Source: Antedon mediterranea
Lineage: Eukaryota > Animalia > Echinodermata
Assembly: GCF_964355755.1 (NCBI RefSeq)
Contig: NC_092676.1
Location: forward strand, 26,740,871 to 26,804,870
Length of the DNA stretch: 64,000 nt
Direction of reading: 5' to 3'
The notes beneath the pieces are model-generated. The model did not search any database. It was not told where the DNA came from and saw only the letters and a program-made list of their open reading frames with translations. Shown here piece by piece: positions 1 to 12,010 of the stretch; within the stretch, counting starts at the first letter, position 1, and the number at the start of each line of letters is the position of its first letter. The translations under genes and the position numbers were made by a program.

Positions 1-260
1 ACATCACACTACAACGTAATAATAGACGTTTTGTTCTCCCACAATGGATTGCGACGGCGATCAAGTGGTTGTGATTGTGCCGTGTTGCAATATTGCAATT
101 TATACATCTTAACGACAACATGATTTTATTGATTTTCTCCCACTATTTGTGAAAACAGAGCCACTGTGTTTGTTCTTAAATACCAGTTCTTTTTACTTCT
201 ATTCTAAACTACTGATCAATATGTGTAAATAATTTCATATGGTTTGAGTATTACTACTAC

Positions 261-570
261 TACAATCAATACTTATGTAACAACATGCATATATAGTGGC
301 ACAATAGATGGTACTTTAAGTAAGCCTTTAAATTCTACAACTCTGGGTTCAAATCTGCCTAGCTTCCATGGTCAAAAACAACATCATGTATCTGCCAAAA
401 AGTATTTATTTTTTATTTAGTTTGTATTAACTTATACAATCAATACTTTAATGTAACAACTAACATGCATATATAGTGGCACAATAGATTGGTGCTTAGT
501 AAGCTGGCCTTTAAATTCCACAGCCCCGGGTTCAAATCTTCTCATGGCAAAAAACAGCATCATGTAATGG
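261..570 (+). repeat. Diverged ~175-bp tandem duplication, each unit with a tRNA-like SINE head
   Basis: TACAATCAATACTT...CATGCATATATAGTGGCACAATAGAT...GGGTTCAAATCT...CATCATGTA occurs at ~261 and ~435; GGTTCAAATC resembles a Pol III B box. Confidence 0.65.
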
Positions 571-793
571 ATTGCACTAAGGCATGTAAACTTTTTATTT
601 TTATTTATTTAATTAAATTCTGATTTTTTTTATGAAGAGCCTGTAGAATTCTGATGCCCTGGATTGAAAAGCTATCAAAAGAGGACGCAGGACAAATACA
701 GGTCACGGACGTTGGTGGTGCATGTTTTGTGAAACGACGAATTAATTTTAAAGAAAATGCTTATCATTGTTTACTTATGAAGTACAATAATTA

Positions 794-1360
794 AATTGAC
801 TAGCATGACTATGTATGAAACAATGTTTGTATGACACATATACAGGTGTAAATGGATGTCTAAAGTAAGGTAAATAAAAAACATCTGCTTGGTTTCACAC
901 ATGAATATTAATTCGCTTCTTGTTAAGAATGTCAAAATGATCATAAGTGTGTTTGTGGCAACAAGAATTTGTTTCACATTCTTCCACGGATTCTTTCAAC
1001 TTAAATTAAGGTTTTATAAATGTATGTAACTTATATACTGTCATAAAAGATACAATTAAAGATGTACAGTATTGTCAAAAAATTGACTAGCATGACTATG
1101 TATGAAACAATGTTTGTATGACACATATACAGGTGTAAATGGATGTCTAAAGTAAGGTAAATAAAAAACATCTGCTTGGTTTCACACATGAATATTAATT
1201 TGTTAAGAATGTCAAAATGATCATAAGTGTGTTTGTGGCAACAAGAATTTGTTTCACATTCTTCCACGGATTCTTTCAACTTAAATTAAGGTTTTATAAA
1301 TGTATGTAACTTATATACTGTCATAAAAGATACAATTAAAGATGTACAGTATTGTCAAAA
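794..1360. repeat. Near-perfect direct tandem duplication (287 bp + 280 bp)
   Basis: AATTGACTAGCATGAC...GTATTGTCAAAA at 794-1080 and 1081-1360; copy 2 lacks CGCTTCT. Explains the twin spurious ORFs 771-977 and 1031-1279. Confidence 0.95.
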
Positions 1361-1632
1361 ATAGTCAAACTGGCTGCCAGCCAAATTTGGTTTTTTTTTA
1401 TATATTAAATTTTACTGTTTCTTTTGTCTTTTTAGTGAAAACATTGTTTTTTAACATTTTTTTTTCTACGAAAATGATTAACTTATTAATTAAATCTGCA
1501 AATGGACATTCAAAGTCTGATTTCATTTTTTGGGGGGACAATACATTTTTAAAAATAAAAAATGTTAATATTAATTTTCTAGTTTTATAAATTATAGACC
1601 AAAATCAACAACATCCAATTCAATAGTCTTAC

Positions 1633-1729
1633 CTCTTGTCATAAATTGCTGTTTATCTCCAAATGAATTAACATTTTTTAAACTAAATTTGGCAACTCGT
1701 TGAGGAACAGCATGGGATATCCACGCCAT
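1633..1729 (-). CDS. Possible alternative first coding exon of the AGBL2/3-like gene (MAWISHAVPQRVAKFSLKNVNSFGDKQQFMTR)
   Basis: Open frame from ATG (1729) to a G|GTAAG donor, phase 1, the same phase as the end of exon 3699-3827. Confidence 0.35.
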
Positions 1730-3698
1730 TTATTTTATTTAAAAGTCTTCATTACAGATATTCAGTATCTAATTGCATAATCAGCACCACCTGTATTTAA
1801 ATAACCGATATATTCACATTCGAATAGGAAATCAATATAAATATTCCATGTTGTACAACTAACAAAATCCAAATAATATACAGAATATACATACAGTACA
1901 CCACCACATGGCATTTGAAGCTATTAAAAATTTCAAACTTCAAATTTGGTATACATAAGATTTTTCAACATCCTGTGAAATGCTCACGATCTGTATAATT
2001 TACGTTGTATTATACTGGTTGGTAAAAGTGCTGTGTAGGTAGGCCTACACAGCATGAGAGGGACAACCAATAGGCCTATAGTATAACCCTTCTATATAAT
2101 CCTTCTATATAATCCTTCTATATAATCCTTTTACAAATGATAACAGAATATAACAAGACCAGTTGCATTGTTATTCAGTAGTATTTCTGTCACCCTTCAA
2201 ATTCAGGTACTTATTTGATTGGCTGTTTTAGCTTAAACTGTATCTTGTCATGATCTTTAGTTTGTTAAGAGGACATACTTAACATCTCAAGGTTAAGACT
2301 TAAGTCTTAAGAACAAATAGGTTTTTTTTTAAAGTTACATCAATAGGTGTAAGGTCAAGACAAACAACACATGCTTTTCTATTGAAAAGAATTAATGTTT
2401 GTTTGTAATCATGTTATGGAGTTAAAAACACCTTTCACACCCGTAACTATGTATCAAAATTGAAACAATGGTAAAATCCAATAAAACATGTACTTGAGGA
2501 CGCTATTATTGAATTTATACAAAAAATAATCTTTATCAATTAATTTTGACATTTAAAAATGTAAAAATTAATTAGGATTATTTTTTGTATACTTTTTAAA
2601 AACTTTTTTTGAACTCTTTTTCATTTTTTTTATAAACTATGTGGACATTGTATAATATAAATAAGTTTTAAAAATATGCTATTTCATATATACATAGTTG
2701 CTTCGTTATGTTTGTATTGTTGTAATATACAAACTTATGATGGTTATCTAAAAAAAAAGTTAACTTTGCAGATAACTGAAATAAATACCAAATACCAAAC
2801 ATCTACCTATCAATCAATATTTGATACATTTAGGAAACTGATTCATGAAACCCAAAAGCTATCAAAACCATAAAAAAGCCACATATTCTGCATATATACC
2901 TATATTTTTTATCTTTTCTTTTTATCCTATAATACATTTTCAAATTAAAAAGAAAAGTTGTACACAGTAAACATTAGGAAATCAAAAATTATGTAATTTT
3001 GGAGGCGGGGATAAGGAAATTACTTTGATAAATATGTTATCAAATAACAAACAAAAGGGTGTGTAGTAACAGAATTTGATTGATCCTGTTGTTAGTTGAC
3101 GGACTAAATTGATGCATAAAAAATTCTCCAGAGAGGGCAGTATTCTAATAAATTAAGGTCTCAAATCTTAATTTAAGGTCTCAAATCTTAAATGCGCCTT
3201 GAGCACTCTTGAGTGGTATGTGCGCTATAAAAATCCTGTTATTATTATTATTAATCTGTCCTCCTTTTCATTCTGAAACCAGACTTCCCAGAAACTATTC
3301 AGCTAAACTGTATAATTTAACATAATCTATTTTAATAATATCAAGTAATTACAGGGATCTTAATGAATTACATAACACAATGATGCAATTGGTTAGTAAG
3401 CTCAATTTAACGGTAATATTAACTGATCAATAATGCCTCAAGGTGGAAGTAATTTCATATTGTCTACCAATAAAGTGGTGTATTTTCTTTCTACATAATA
3501 TGTACAGCTTTTTTGGTAAACTAGAAGATTTGATTGATTTTATATACCATTAACTTTATTATTTATTTTGTGAGGAAATATTGGTCTCAGACATGCCTTG
3601 AAGCTAAGGTTCATTTTTGTTATTAATCGCGATCTGTTTCTTACAAATTTGCTTCCAACTTTCAATTTTAGAAGACATATATATAGCCTATACTTTAC

Positions 3699-4528
3699 CT
3701 TGATCTGATTTGTCATCTTCCAGCGCTTGGTTTTCATACTCTGTTTCCGATTGGTCACTAATTGGGTAGTCATGATTTTTCTGCCAGTCTTCATAGACCT
3801 TTCCAGTCCGGTATGTTTGATTTTTTCCTGAAAACAGAACATAAAAAAAAAAATGATATTGATGAGGGTGGGCCACTTACTGACTACAACATTAAAGTGA
3901 ATTAAATGTTAGTTGGATGGGGTAATTTATTATATTTCTTACCTGAATAATAGCCGTAGTGTTTCAGATGATTTCTCATAAAACTTTCATATGGATTCTG
4001 AAAAATAAATATATTAATTGTTTTTATGCAGTGTACTATTATTAAGACTCAACAAGATATCTTAAAAAATACTACTACTACTAGGCCTACTACTACTAGG
4101 CCTACTACTACTCTAGGCCTACTACTACTAGGCCTACTACTACTAGGCCTAGGCTACTACTACTTTAAACTATGCAAACAAAAATGGATGATGATCATAG
4201 TTTATTGCAAAAATTAACTTTCAAAGTTAATTTTTATCATCCATTTACTTGAATGTGTACATAACTATAGAGGTGGAATAAACATTAATTTCCATAGAGC
4301 CAGTGAGTATGCATTGTATTGTAATTAATTGATCATTGTATGTTGTACTTCTTAATCTTAACTTATTCTTTAATAAATAATTTTTACTTAATTATTAGCC
4401 TAGTTAATTAGTAATATAACTAATGTAATGAAACTGAATTATTGTATTTTTCTTTTTAATGAAAATAAAATGATATTCACCATATCATACTCAAAATGAC
4501 ATTCCTCCTTATTTTTTCGAAGCATCAT
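3699..4528 (-). CDS. AGBL2: Cytosolic carboxypeptidase 2/3-like (tubulin deglutamylase), first three coding exons 4528-4481, 3997-3943, 3827-3699; gene continues leftwards out of the window
   Basis: GT-AG exons join in frame: MMLRKNKEECHFEYDM|NPYESFMRNHLKHYGYYS|GKNQTYRTGKVYEDWQ... The NPYESFMRNHLKHYGYY motif resembles the AGBL2 N-terminus as recalled (DPYEDFMYRHLQYYGYF). The catalytic domain is not in the window. Confidence 0.6.
4072..4162. repeat. (CTA)n microsatellite interspersed with TAGGCCTA
   Basis: Repeated ACTACTACTAGGCCT units. Confidence 0.9.
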
Positions 4529-4859
4529 GACAAAGTCTTCTTAGTAACATCTGCAGGTTGCAGTTTCCTCCTAGCTAGGCCTACTCCTTCGTTCCGCCAG
4601 CGCGCTGATCATCAGAAAAGAAGATTTGCCTAGGGCCCTAGCAGTAGTAAGGTCTAGCTTTTAGGGCCTAGGCCTAACCTACGTAAACATTAATCAACAA
4701 AAGAAATCTTTAAATGGCTCAAACAACCCACAAACTCAACATAAAAGAAATGAATTATCTGTTAGAGATAACTAAATGATTTATATTTAAAATAATAGAT
4801 AGTTTAGGTAGTTCTCAAACTGTTTTTAAAGTCGAAAATCACAACACATCCAAAAAAGC

Positions 4860-4876
4860 GTTCTAAACCTAGCAAC
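4860..4876 (-). promoter_or_regulatory. RFX X-box-like half site upstream of the AGBL2-like gene
   Basis: CCTAGCAAC (GTTGCTAGG) ~340 bp upstream of the ATG; RFX sites are typical of ciliary gene promoters. Confidence 0.4.
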
Positions 4877-5700
4877 ACGAGCGCCACCTATCGTTTCAGA
4901 CAAATATCTGATAAATGATCCTCTCTCTCGATCCTCCTCTCTCTCTCCCCACTCAATTATGATTTCCTTATAAAATGATAACTCCTTCACAAAATATCCT
5001 CAATCAATTGACAATTTTGGTCAGATTGTTCAAATCGATGTAAACAAAAGCATTGAATGGAGGCTTGATTTAATTACTATGCAATAAAGTGTTATTGACC
5101 ATTTGACGCATAATCAATGGTTAATTACATTACCAATTATTGTTGCCTAATGAACTTTTAATTGTGTTTCTCTTACTCTGTAGACTGTGAATTCAAAAGG
5201 AAGCGCAGTAATTAACATCATTATGTGTAAAAAAAAAAATTACTTTCTAATAATTTCATTTCTTTAAAATTCGAAGTGGATTTTTCAAACAGGAGAACGT
5301 TAATAGTCTGTCAAAAATACTATCAAAAAGTAGTTCATAATGTCATTTTAGCATTCAAAAGGGACGCGATTATGAATATTATTTAAATGTGCACTACATA
5401 TATAAGTGTTAATGTTAATTTAAGACAAACCAAAAATATTAAAATACAAATGATTTTATTTTTCATTTTTATTCAAGCACACTCAGTGCCTCTATATACA
5501 GTTTATTTTCAACAAATCATATATTTACAACAAAATTTTAAAATCAGCAACAAATCTAAAGATAACCTTGCCATTTTAATATCATGATTTTATTATATTG
5601 CATTTATTACATAAAAATACTGATTTATAACGATCAGATATTTGGTTAAGTCTGTACAAAAAGTTTGCATTAATATAAGAATATATTTGGTTGAAATCCA

Positions 5701-7901
5701 TCAAACTGACACAGGTTTTCCACTTGCATATGTTTCATATTCTGTTTTGTAAGTTTGTGGTACTGCAAAGGTTTGTTCCGGCCCTGCGTTTGGAATTACC
5801 CATGGCGTGTCTACGGGACATGAGAAGAGCTCCCTCATTTTAGGATCTGACGGAGTTTGATACGAAGCTTGAGCGAGAGTTTGCATTCCGCTATGTGGAA
5901 CTTGTTTGAATTTCTCAGGCCATCGAACTGGTTCTCTGATTTCTGTTTTGAAGATCATTTCATCTCTCATGGGAGGTCTTGAGCGTGGAACAGAGTCTTT
6001 TGGCAATGGACTGTACAAAGAAAAGAAATTCAAAGTTAAAAAACATGTTTTTTTTTAAATTTTATTTTCACTTAGGAAGTAGCACTGTTTGCTTGTTCAT
6101 ATGAATCTTAAATTGAATCCTGAATTAGGTTGTAAGATTGTAGGCAAGCTTGTTAATCACCAACCTCTTATAGTTAAATCATCATTTGCACTATCAAACT
6201 AGTTTGACAAAAAAAGTATGATGTGGCCAAATATGGTAGTATTATGCCTAAATATAGTAGTGATATGACATCATCATGTCCATATATGGGCACATCACTT
6301 TTTTTGTCACATAAAGTTTGATAGTGTAGAGCTTAATTTGTACATACAAATGGCATTGTGGGTAAAACAGTTTTCACCTCATGACTGGATAAATGGCAAA
6401 ATAACATAACAGAATACTTACTTGTGTTTTGTGCCGTGACCCCACGCTTGTGAGTAATCTTCACATCTCCAATACGTCGCTGCATCTTTCTTTGGATAAT
6501 CATCGAGGGCGTGCCGACTGAATCGTTTAAAATCTTTGTGAGTTGTCGTTACATACGGATCAAGTAATTGTAAAGCACCTCCGTCCCTCACTAAAGTTGG
6601 TTTGTATTTTGGAGTTTTATCCTGAAATTGAAAACAAAATGTTAATGAACGAATAAAATTATCTGTACATTATAATTCCAAGCAAACATTTCCAGACTTG
6701 ACCATAAAATAAATTCCTTCTTTTCTTTACAAAAGCAACTTACTGCAATAGGTGCTGGCATAACGGCATGGTGCTCTTGCAGTTTACTCGGTTGAGGGTT
6801 GCGGTTCAAGTATGTGTTAAAGTCAACTCCTGGCTGGGTGTTTCTTCCTTTAAATTCGTCTTGCATCTCGCTTTCTTGGTTACCCATTGTTAATGGTTTC
6901 CTCCAGCCTCGTGATCTCGTCTGTCAGAACAAAAATATTCATTTAATTATTGATAAACTAAATTAGATGAAATAAACTAAATAACTAAAATAATATTATA
7001 TTGTGAAAATGAAATTATGACCATTTTCTTTGCTTTATAATAATCTGAATAAAGACAACACATTAAATATTTAATGAAAATCTATAAAATAAAATAATTT
7101 AATATAGTCAATAATATTGATTATCATTTGTAATTCTATTGAATAGTAAGAAATTCTCTTCCTTGCTAAATCAATATATCATTAATAATTTAATTATAGG
7201 CAACATATTGCAATAATCCTGTACTTAGAACAAAAATATACAAACCTTTTCTCTAAGATCTTTATTGTAATGGATATTCCAATGTCCTGGTGCCTTCTTA
7301 TGTTGATTGTTTCCATAGATACCACCATGATGTTTAAAATCATGCGTTTCTCCTGTAGTTGTTGTGTATGGTTTGATTATTTCATCTTGTTTTGCTAGCT
7401 CAGGTGGTAATGGGTTATTTATTGTTGTCTAAAAAGACAAAAACATTACATATAAACTTAATCAGTACAGAATATTTAAATTAAATTAAAAAGGTAAAAT
7501 CAGTATAAAACTAGGGCTAGCCTAGGCTAGGGCCTAGGCTTATTTATATTATTTTATACATTTATTATTGATGGTCAATAATATAAAAAATACAATTTTT
7601 TATTAACAATAAATAAACTAGGCCTAGGGCCTAGGCCTATTTATTTTTTGCTCGTTTTTTTCTTAAATGTTATGTTGATTTTAAAATGTATTTTCATTAA
7701 AAAAAAGAGTAGGCCTAACCTAGGCCTAGGCTAGGTAGTAGTACCTATTTAAAGTGGGCGAGCCAATCAACCACGCCAGGCAGGGAGGGTGTTTCTTACC
7801 TTAAAATCGGAAGCTGGAAAATAATATCCTGGCCTATAATCCAATCCTTTTCCTGAACTGGTTTGATGTAAATCAAATCGTCGATCACTAGTGTTCGTCA
7901 T
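5701..7901 (-). CDS. SAXO3: Stabilizer of axonemal microtubules 3-like, 323 aa; exons 7901-7800, 7428-7246, 6920-6744, 6621-6422, 6010-5701
   Basis: Five GT-AG exons total 972 nt in frame: MTNTSDRRFDLHQTSSG...NPLPPELAKQDEIIKPYTTTTGETHDFKHHGG...QESEMQDEFKG...DPYVTTTHKDFKRF...YPKKDAATYW...YKTEYETY. Multiple Mn-like (TT/SE...DF/Y) motifs; resembles recalled mammalian SAXO3. Gene structure is solid, name less so. Confidence 0.7.
6187..6335. mobile_element. MITE family A (~150-bp palindromic element, TIR AGCTCTGTCTACACTATCAAAC; PIF/Harbinger-like termini)
   Basis: CACTATCAAACTAGTTTGACAAAAAA...AAATATGGTAGTGATATGACATCATCATGTCCATATATGGGCACATCAC...GTTTGATAGTGTAGAGCT; about nine copies in the window. 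Confidence 0.8.
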
Positions 7902-8054
7902 GTTTCCTAAATGTCTCTTTTAACACCGGAGAAAATGCAAATAATATAGTTGACGTTAGTCTCGCTCTCCTCTTCTCAATCAATGATCTTTCGCTGTGGA
8001 ATGTGGATCGATGTTTATTGTTTGTTGATTGTCTACACGTGTTTTGTATACGGT

Positions 8055-8068
8055 ATCTCCATAACAAC
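8055..8068 (-). promoter_or_regulatory. RFX X-box-like motif upstream of the SAXO3-like gene
   Basis: ATCTCCATAACAAC (GTTGTTATGGAGAT) ~155 bp upstream of the ATG. Confidence 0.45.
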
Positions 8069-8600
8069 GACAACCAAATAAAATTCGCCCTCATCGGCAA
8101 TTTTATGAGTAAAACTTTTTTTAGACGTGAGTTCAATATTTAAAAATACGCGCGCCTTCTTTCATAATTAACGTCTGATTTGTTTGTCTAAATGCCTGTT
8201 GCTATTATGCTATATCAGCCTGATGCTTTTGAAGTTTATCGATGGCAAAATTAGGCCTAATATTAATGCGCGTCGTATAAAAAGTATGGCTGGAGTTTCT
8301 AAACACACCAACTAAGCCTATGCCAAATGGCCGTTAGAGCACTACGCATTGCACATCGCACTATGCCGCACTGTCCATAAAAAAAGTTACAAAATAATAT
8401 TGTTTAAACAATTCAAGTTTGTTATAAAAAAATGTCAAAGATAGTATCGTATCGTATTCGTAGCCATTATGCCTATACCGACTATGAAAAGTCAGGATAC
8501 TCAACATATAAGCTTTAAAAATGTCAAAATTCCTGTTATAATCACCAAAAGTTACTGAAACGGTGACTTTCGATGAAAATAATGTCGCAATATAAAAAGT

Positions 8601-9641
8601 TCAAAACCATGTATTTTGTGAGCTGTAATTAACACCATGTCCAAAATCTCTCGAACTACTCTGACTTCCTTTTCGTTTACAATCAGGTTTTTTCGGCAAA
8701 AATATATCCTTGCAGATTTTGCGGAATTCAGGCAAACCATATGCATAGACAAACGTGTTAATATACGTGTTTGAAAACGCCAGAATAACAGAGCATTTAT
8801 ACAGATCTGACGTCATATCCAAAGGAAATCCTAGATTAAATCCAAAGTAAAGAACTTGGTTGAGTGTCCAACAAATCGCGTAGGCCGTGCTTATACCAGC
8901 AAAAGTGATTAAAACACTTCGAAATGCGCCAGAAAATCGGTCAGATTTACTGCCTCCAGAATGAAATGAAGGCCTACGAAGAAGCTTCAGTGCAATGGAA
9001 ACATATACAAACACGTTGACAATCAGGACAGAGAAATATATTACAACCACGACCAAAACACCCGCCACGTTTTGTAGCCCGCTTATTGGCCAATTAACTA
9101 CGCAGTGGTCGTCACCATCTAAGACGTTTACGAGGGCCCAATGAAGCTCGATTACAGTGCCTACTACCCACGGGATCACCGTGCACCGACGGGCTATTTT
9201 AAGGGTAAAGCCCGTGTAATGTTTGATAGGATGTACAATTGCGAAATACCGATGCAACGTCATCAGGATCAGGTTGACAGACGATGAAATCGCGAAAGCC
9301 CAATGGAAATATCCAGACGTCCAAAACATGCAAATTAACCTCTTAAAAACACGAGTTTCTATCCGACTCAGATCAGTTATAGGCAGAAGGTTGAATAAAG
9401 AGAAAGAAAGGCTTGTCGATAAATCAATTAGTGACTGGTTGAACACAAGAACCTTGGTGGTGTTTCGAAGCGATTGGACCTTTACTATGACCAACATTAC
9501 TAAGAGGTTACCAGTGACACCAAGCACACCAACCATGGCGCTCAACCCGATATACCAACTTGAACTCACTGCTGGTGATGTTGTGTTTGAGTCTTCATAA
9601 TCACTGTACTCTTCGTATTCGTAATGATTCTGCATGTTCAT
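8601..9641 (-). CDS. Rhodopsin-like (class A) GPCR, 346 aa, intronless CDS, orphan/peptide-receptor-like
   Basis: Seven hydrophobic segments; TM1 GN, TM2 NQSLID, TM3 HRYFAIVHP, TM4 W, ECL2 Cys, TM6 CWTL, TM7 NTFVY, helix 8 EFRK; N-glycosylation site NTT. A splice acceptor (TTTTTTCAG) directly precedes the ATG. Confidence 0.92.
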   Translation of the reverse strand: MNMQNHYEYEEYSDYEDSNTTSPAVSSSWYIGLSAMVGVLGVTGNLLVMLVIVKVQSLRNTTKVLVFNQSLIDLSTSLSFSLFNLLPITDLSRIETRVFKRLICMFWTSGYFHWAFAISSSVNLILMTLHRYFAIVHPIKHYTGFTLKIARRCTVIPWVVGTVIELHWALVNVLDGDDHCVVNWPISGLQNVAGVLVVVVIYFSVLIVNVFVYVSIALKLLRRPSFHSGGSKSDRFSGAFRSVLITFAGISTAYAICWTLNQVLYFGFNLGFPLDMTSDLYKCSVILAFSNTYINTFVYAYGLPEFRKICKDIFLPKKPDCKRKGSQSSSRDFGHGVNYSSQNTWF

Positions 9642-10665
9642 CTGAAAAAATGCTACAAATACCTGAATAATAACAAAATGTGTGTTTAATAGACCATTTT
9701 AAAAATTAATACAATACATTTTGACCGGAAAAAAAGAACCGAAAAAAAGTTACTTAAAAATCCTAGTGTCGGAAGACGACGTAATTCTGTTCAAATAATA
9801 TCTGTCTTTCTTCTTTAGTGAAATTATTATTTTGCTTTTTTTTTATATAAGTTTATTATAACTAAAATTAAAAGTTCATCTTATTCTTTATTTTCATAAC
9901 TTGGATGAGTTTTAACGGATTTCAATCAAATCAAACATCAATTAACTAATATTTCTTGAATAGATGTGATATCATATTACTTAAATGTAAACATTCAAGA
10001 ATGTTCTCATCAATTTTCAAACGTGGGCATGTGCGTCAATATCTCCATGGATAATATTCACAACAAGGAGAGTTGATTGGAGTCGTCACAGCTCAATAAC
10101 CTTCTTACAAACTACCTTGGTTTTAGCTGATTAATAGTTATAAAATGATTTAATTTAGGCCTACTTTAACTAGATACAATTTACATAAATACCAGTTATT
10201 GTTTGCGTAAATTTCAAATTCGATAGACCTCGCGTAACAAAGGCCAGATAATTGTGCATTATTTATACTCGGTGGTTTCATTTTGTTAGTAAATTTTATA
10301 TATCAATTAAATACTATAACTTAGTTATTTCACCATTTCTCCAAACTCAAGTGGTATAAATTTTCGAAAAATTCTCGTCGTAAATTTCTGAGGAGTCGTG
10401 CGAGTAATTTTCGGCAACTTTTTATCGCCGCCAGAGAATTCACGCGAGTTAAATTCTTACCATCGTCAATTTTCACAACGAGTGTTGGTTGCGTTTTTGG
10501 TATAACTATTAATCGCTGTCAATTTGCAAGGGCTCGGTGCGACTTTTCAAATATTATTCCCAATGGGATAAAGAAACAGGAACATGGAATAACTTGCCTT
10601 TATTATACGACTTCTGGACAATTTACCTTACTGGTTACAAATCGTTGCAGTAACTTCTCGGTGCT

Positions 10666-11190
10666 GATAAGATAAGATAAGATAAGATAACTTTTATTAA
10701 TCCTCAAAAAGGAAATTCATTGCTCGTCATAATAATAAAGAAACACTATAAAACCAAATATAGCATAAAACCATTCATATAAAAACATCTAAAAAATTAC
10801 AATATAAAATTATCTTCTTGACTTCCTGTTGTACTGGATGATACCGGAGGGAATAAAGGATTTAGCAAATCGATTTGTTTTCACACTGAGGAGCCTCAAT
10901 CTACCACTTGGATTAAGTTGGTCTATGATCACTTTGTGGAGAGGATGAGAGGCATCCGACTCAATGCGTTCGAAATCTTTCTGGAGGTGTTCTAGGTGCA
11001 CATCGGTAAAGGAAGGCAGTTCCAGACCTATCATTTTACCAGCCCGACAGATAAAAGTTTCAAGGCGTCCTTTATTCCCTCCGGTAACATTACCAGCCCA
11101 ACAGGAGAGGCAATACGTCCAAACACTACATATAACGGATCTATAGAACGAAAGTAACATCAAATCACAGGATTCTGATACTGATATCCA
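10666..11190 (-). mobile_element. 5'-truncated LINE 3' end (Rex1/Babar-like) with (TATCT)n tail
   Basis: ORF2 C-terminus FYRSVICSVWTYCLSCWAGN...SHPLH...PSGRLR...TNRFAKSFIPSGI; GATAA repeats at ~10666-10690. Confidence 0.85.
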
Positions 11191-11982
11191 GTACATACGA
11201 TATATTTTCCCCCAGTATCAGGAAAACTCCTTAATACAGGATCTAATGTGTATCACATGTGAAATGATGCTGTTATACAATGGAGTAGAGAATTAATCCA
11301 TGGTTATACGAAAGATAAGGATTTAGTTTTATCACCCTTCCCGGTGTTATACAGCAAGTATATTCTAAATGGTCACTAATAGTATACAGCAACAAGAATA
11401 ACACTTACGATTTTTGGCCAATAGATGTTGTTTTGTACGATTATTATAGCTGATGAAAAATCTTTGTCACCAACAACAAAAACAAATCTCCTCTATCACC
11501 AGTCAATGATCTTACGAAGCCCAATAAAAGTCATAAGATCTTTTAAGTCATATTATTTTCAGTTATTGGAAAATGGACAACAATGTTGCCCAATCAGAAA
11601 GACGATGTCCGGGTAGTCAAGGAGATATTGAAAGACTAATGGTCAACTCAACTATCATAGATCATTGATGTAAATTTTCAATGATTATATTCATGATTGT
11701 TGTCGATGTGTGGAATTTCCAGTAGAAATGTAAATTGTATACAGTACCGTGTTGTAACCCGTTGTGGGGTGACACCCCACCCCCTCCAAAAAAAAAACCT
11801 TGTAATATATCTTTTAAAAGAAATTATTTCTCATTTTTATTAATAATTATTATTTATTTATTAATTGATTATTAGTCTGACAATATACAGCTGACCTATG
11901 TAGATAAAAATTACAGTAATATATATTATTAGATTACGTTTTGAACTAAAAAAGGAAATTTTCTGGCAACGTTTCGTGTTTA

Positions 11983-12010
11983 CCGCCATTTAAAGAAATT
12001 CCGCGAAACG
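11983..12010 (+). promoter_or_regulatory. Putative POLD1 promoter: YY1-like and E2F-like sites
   Basis: CCGCCATTT at ~11983 and TTCCGCGAAA (TTTCGCGGAA) at ~11999-12008, ~950 bp upstream of the ATG, which sits just after an acceptor (12944). E2F control of replication genes is established. Confidence 0.55.

Noticed and set aside
9223-9600. 125-aa + strand ORF
   Set aside because: Antisense to the GPCR, no recognisable motifs.
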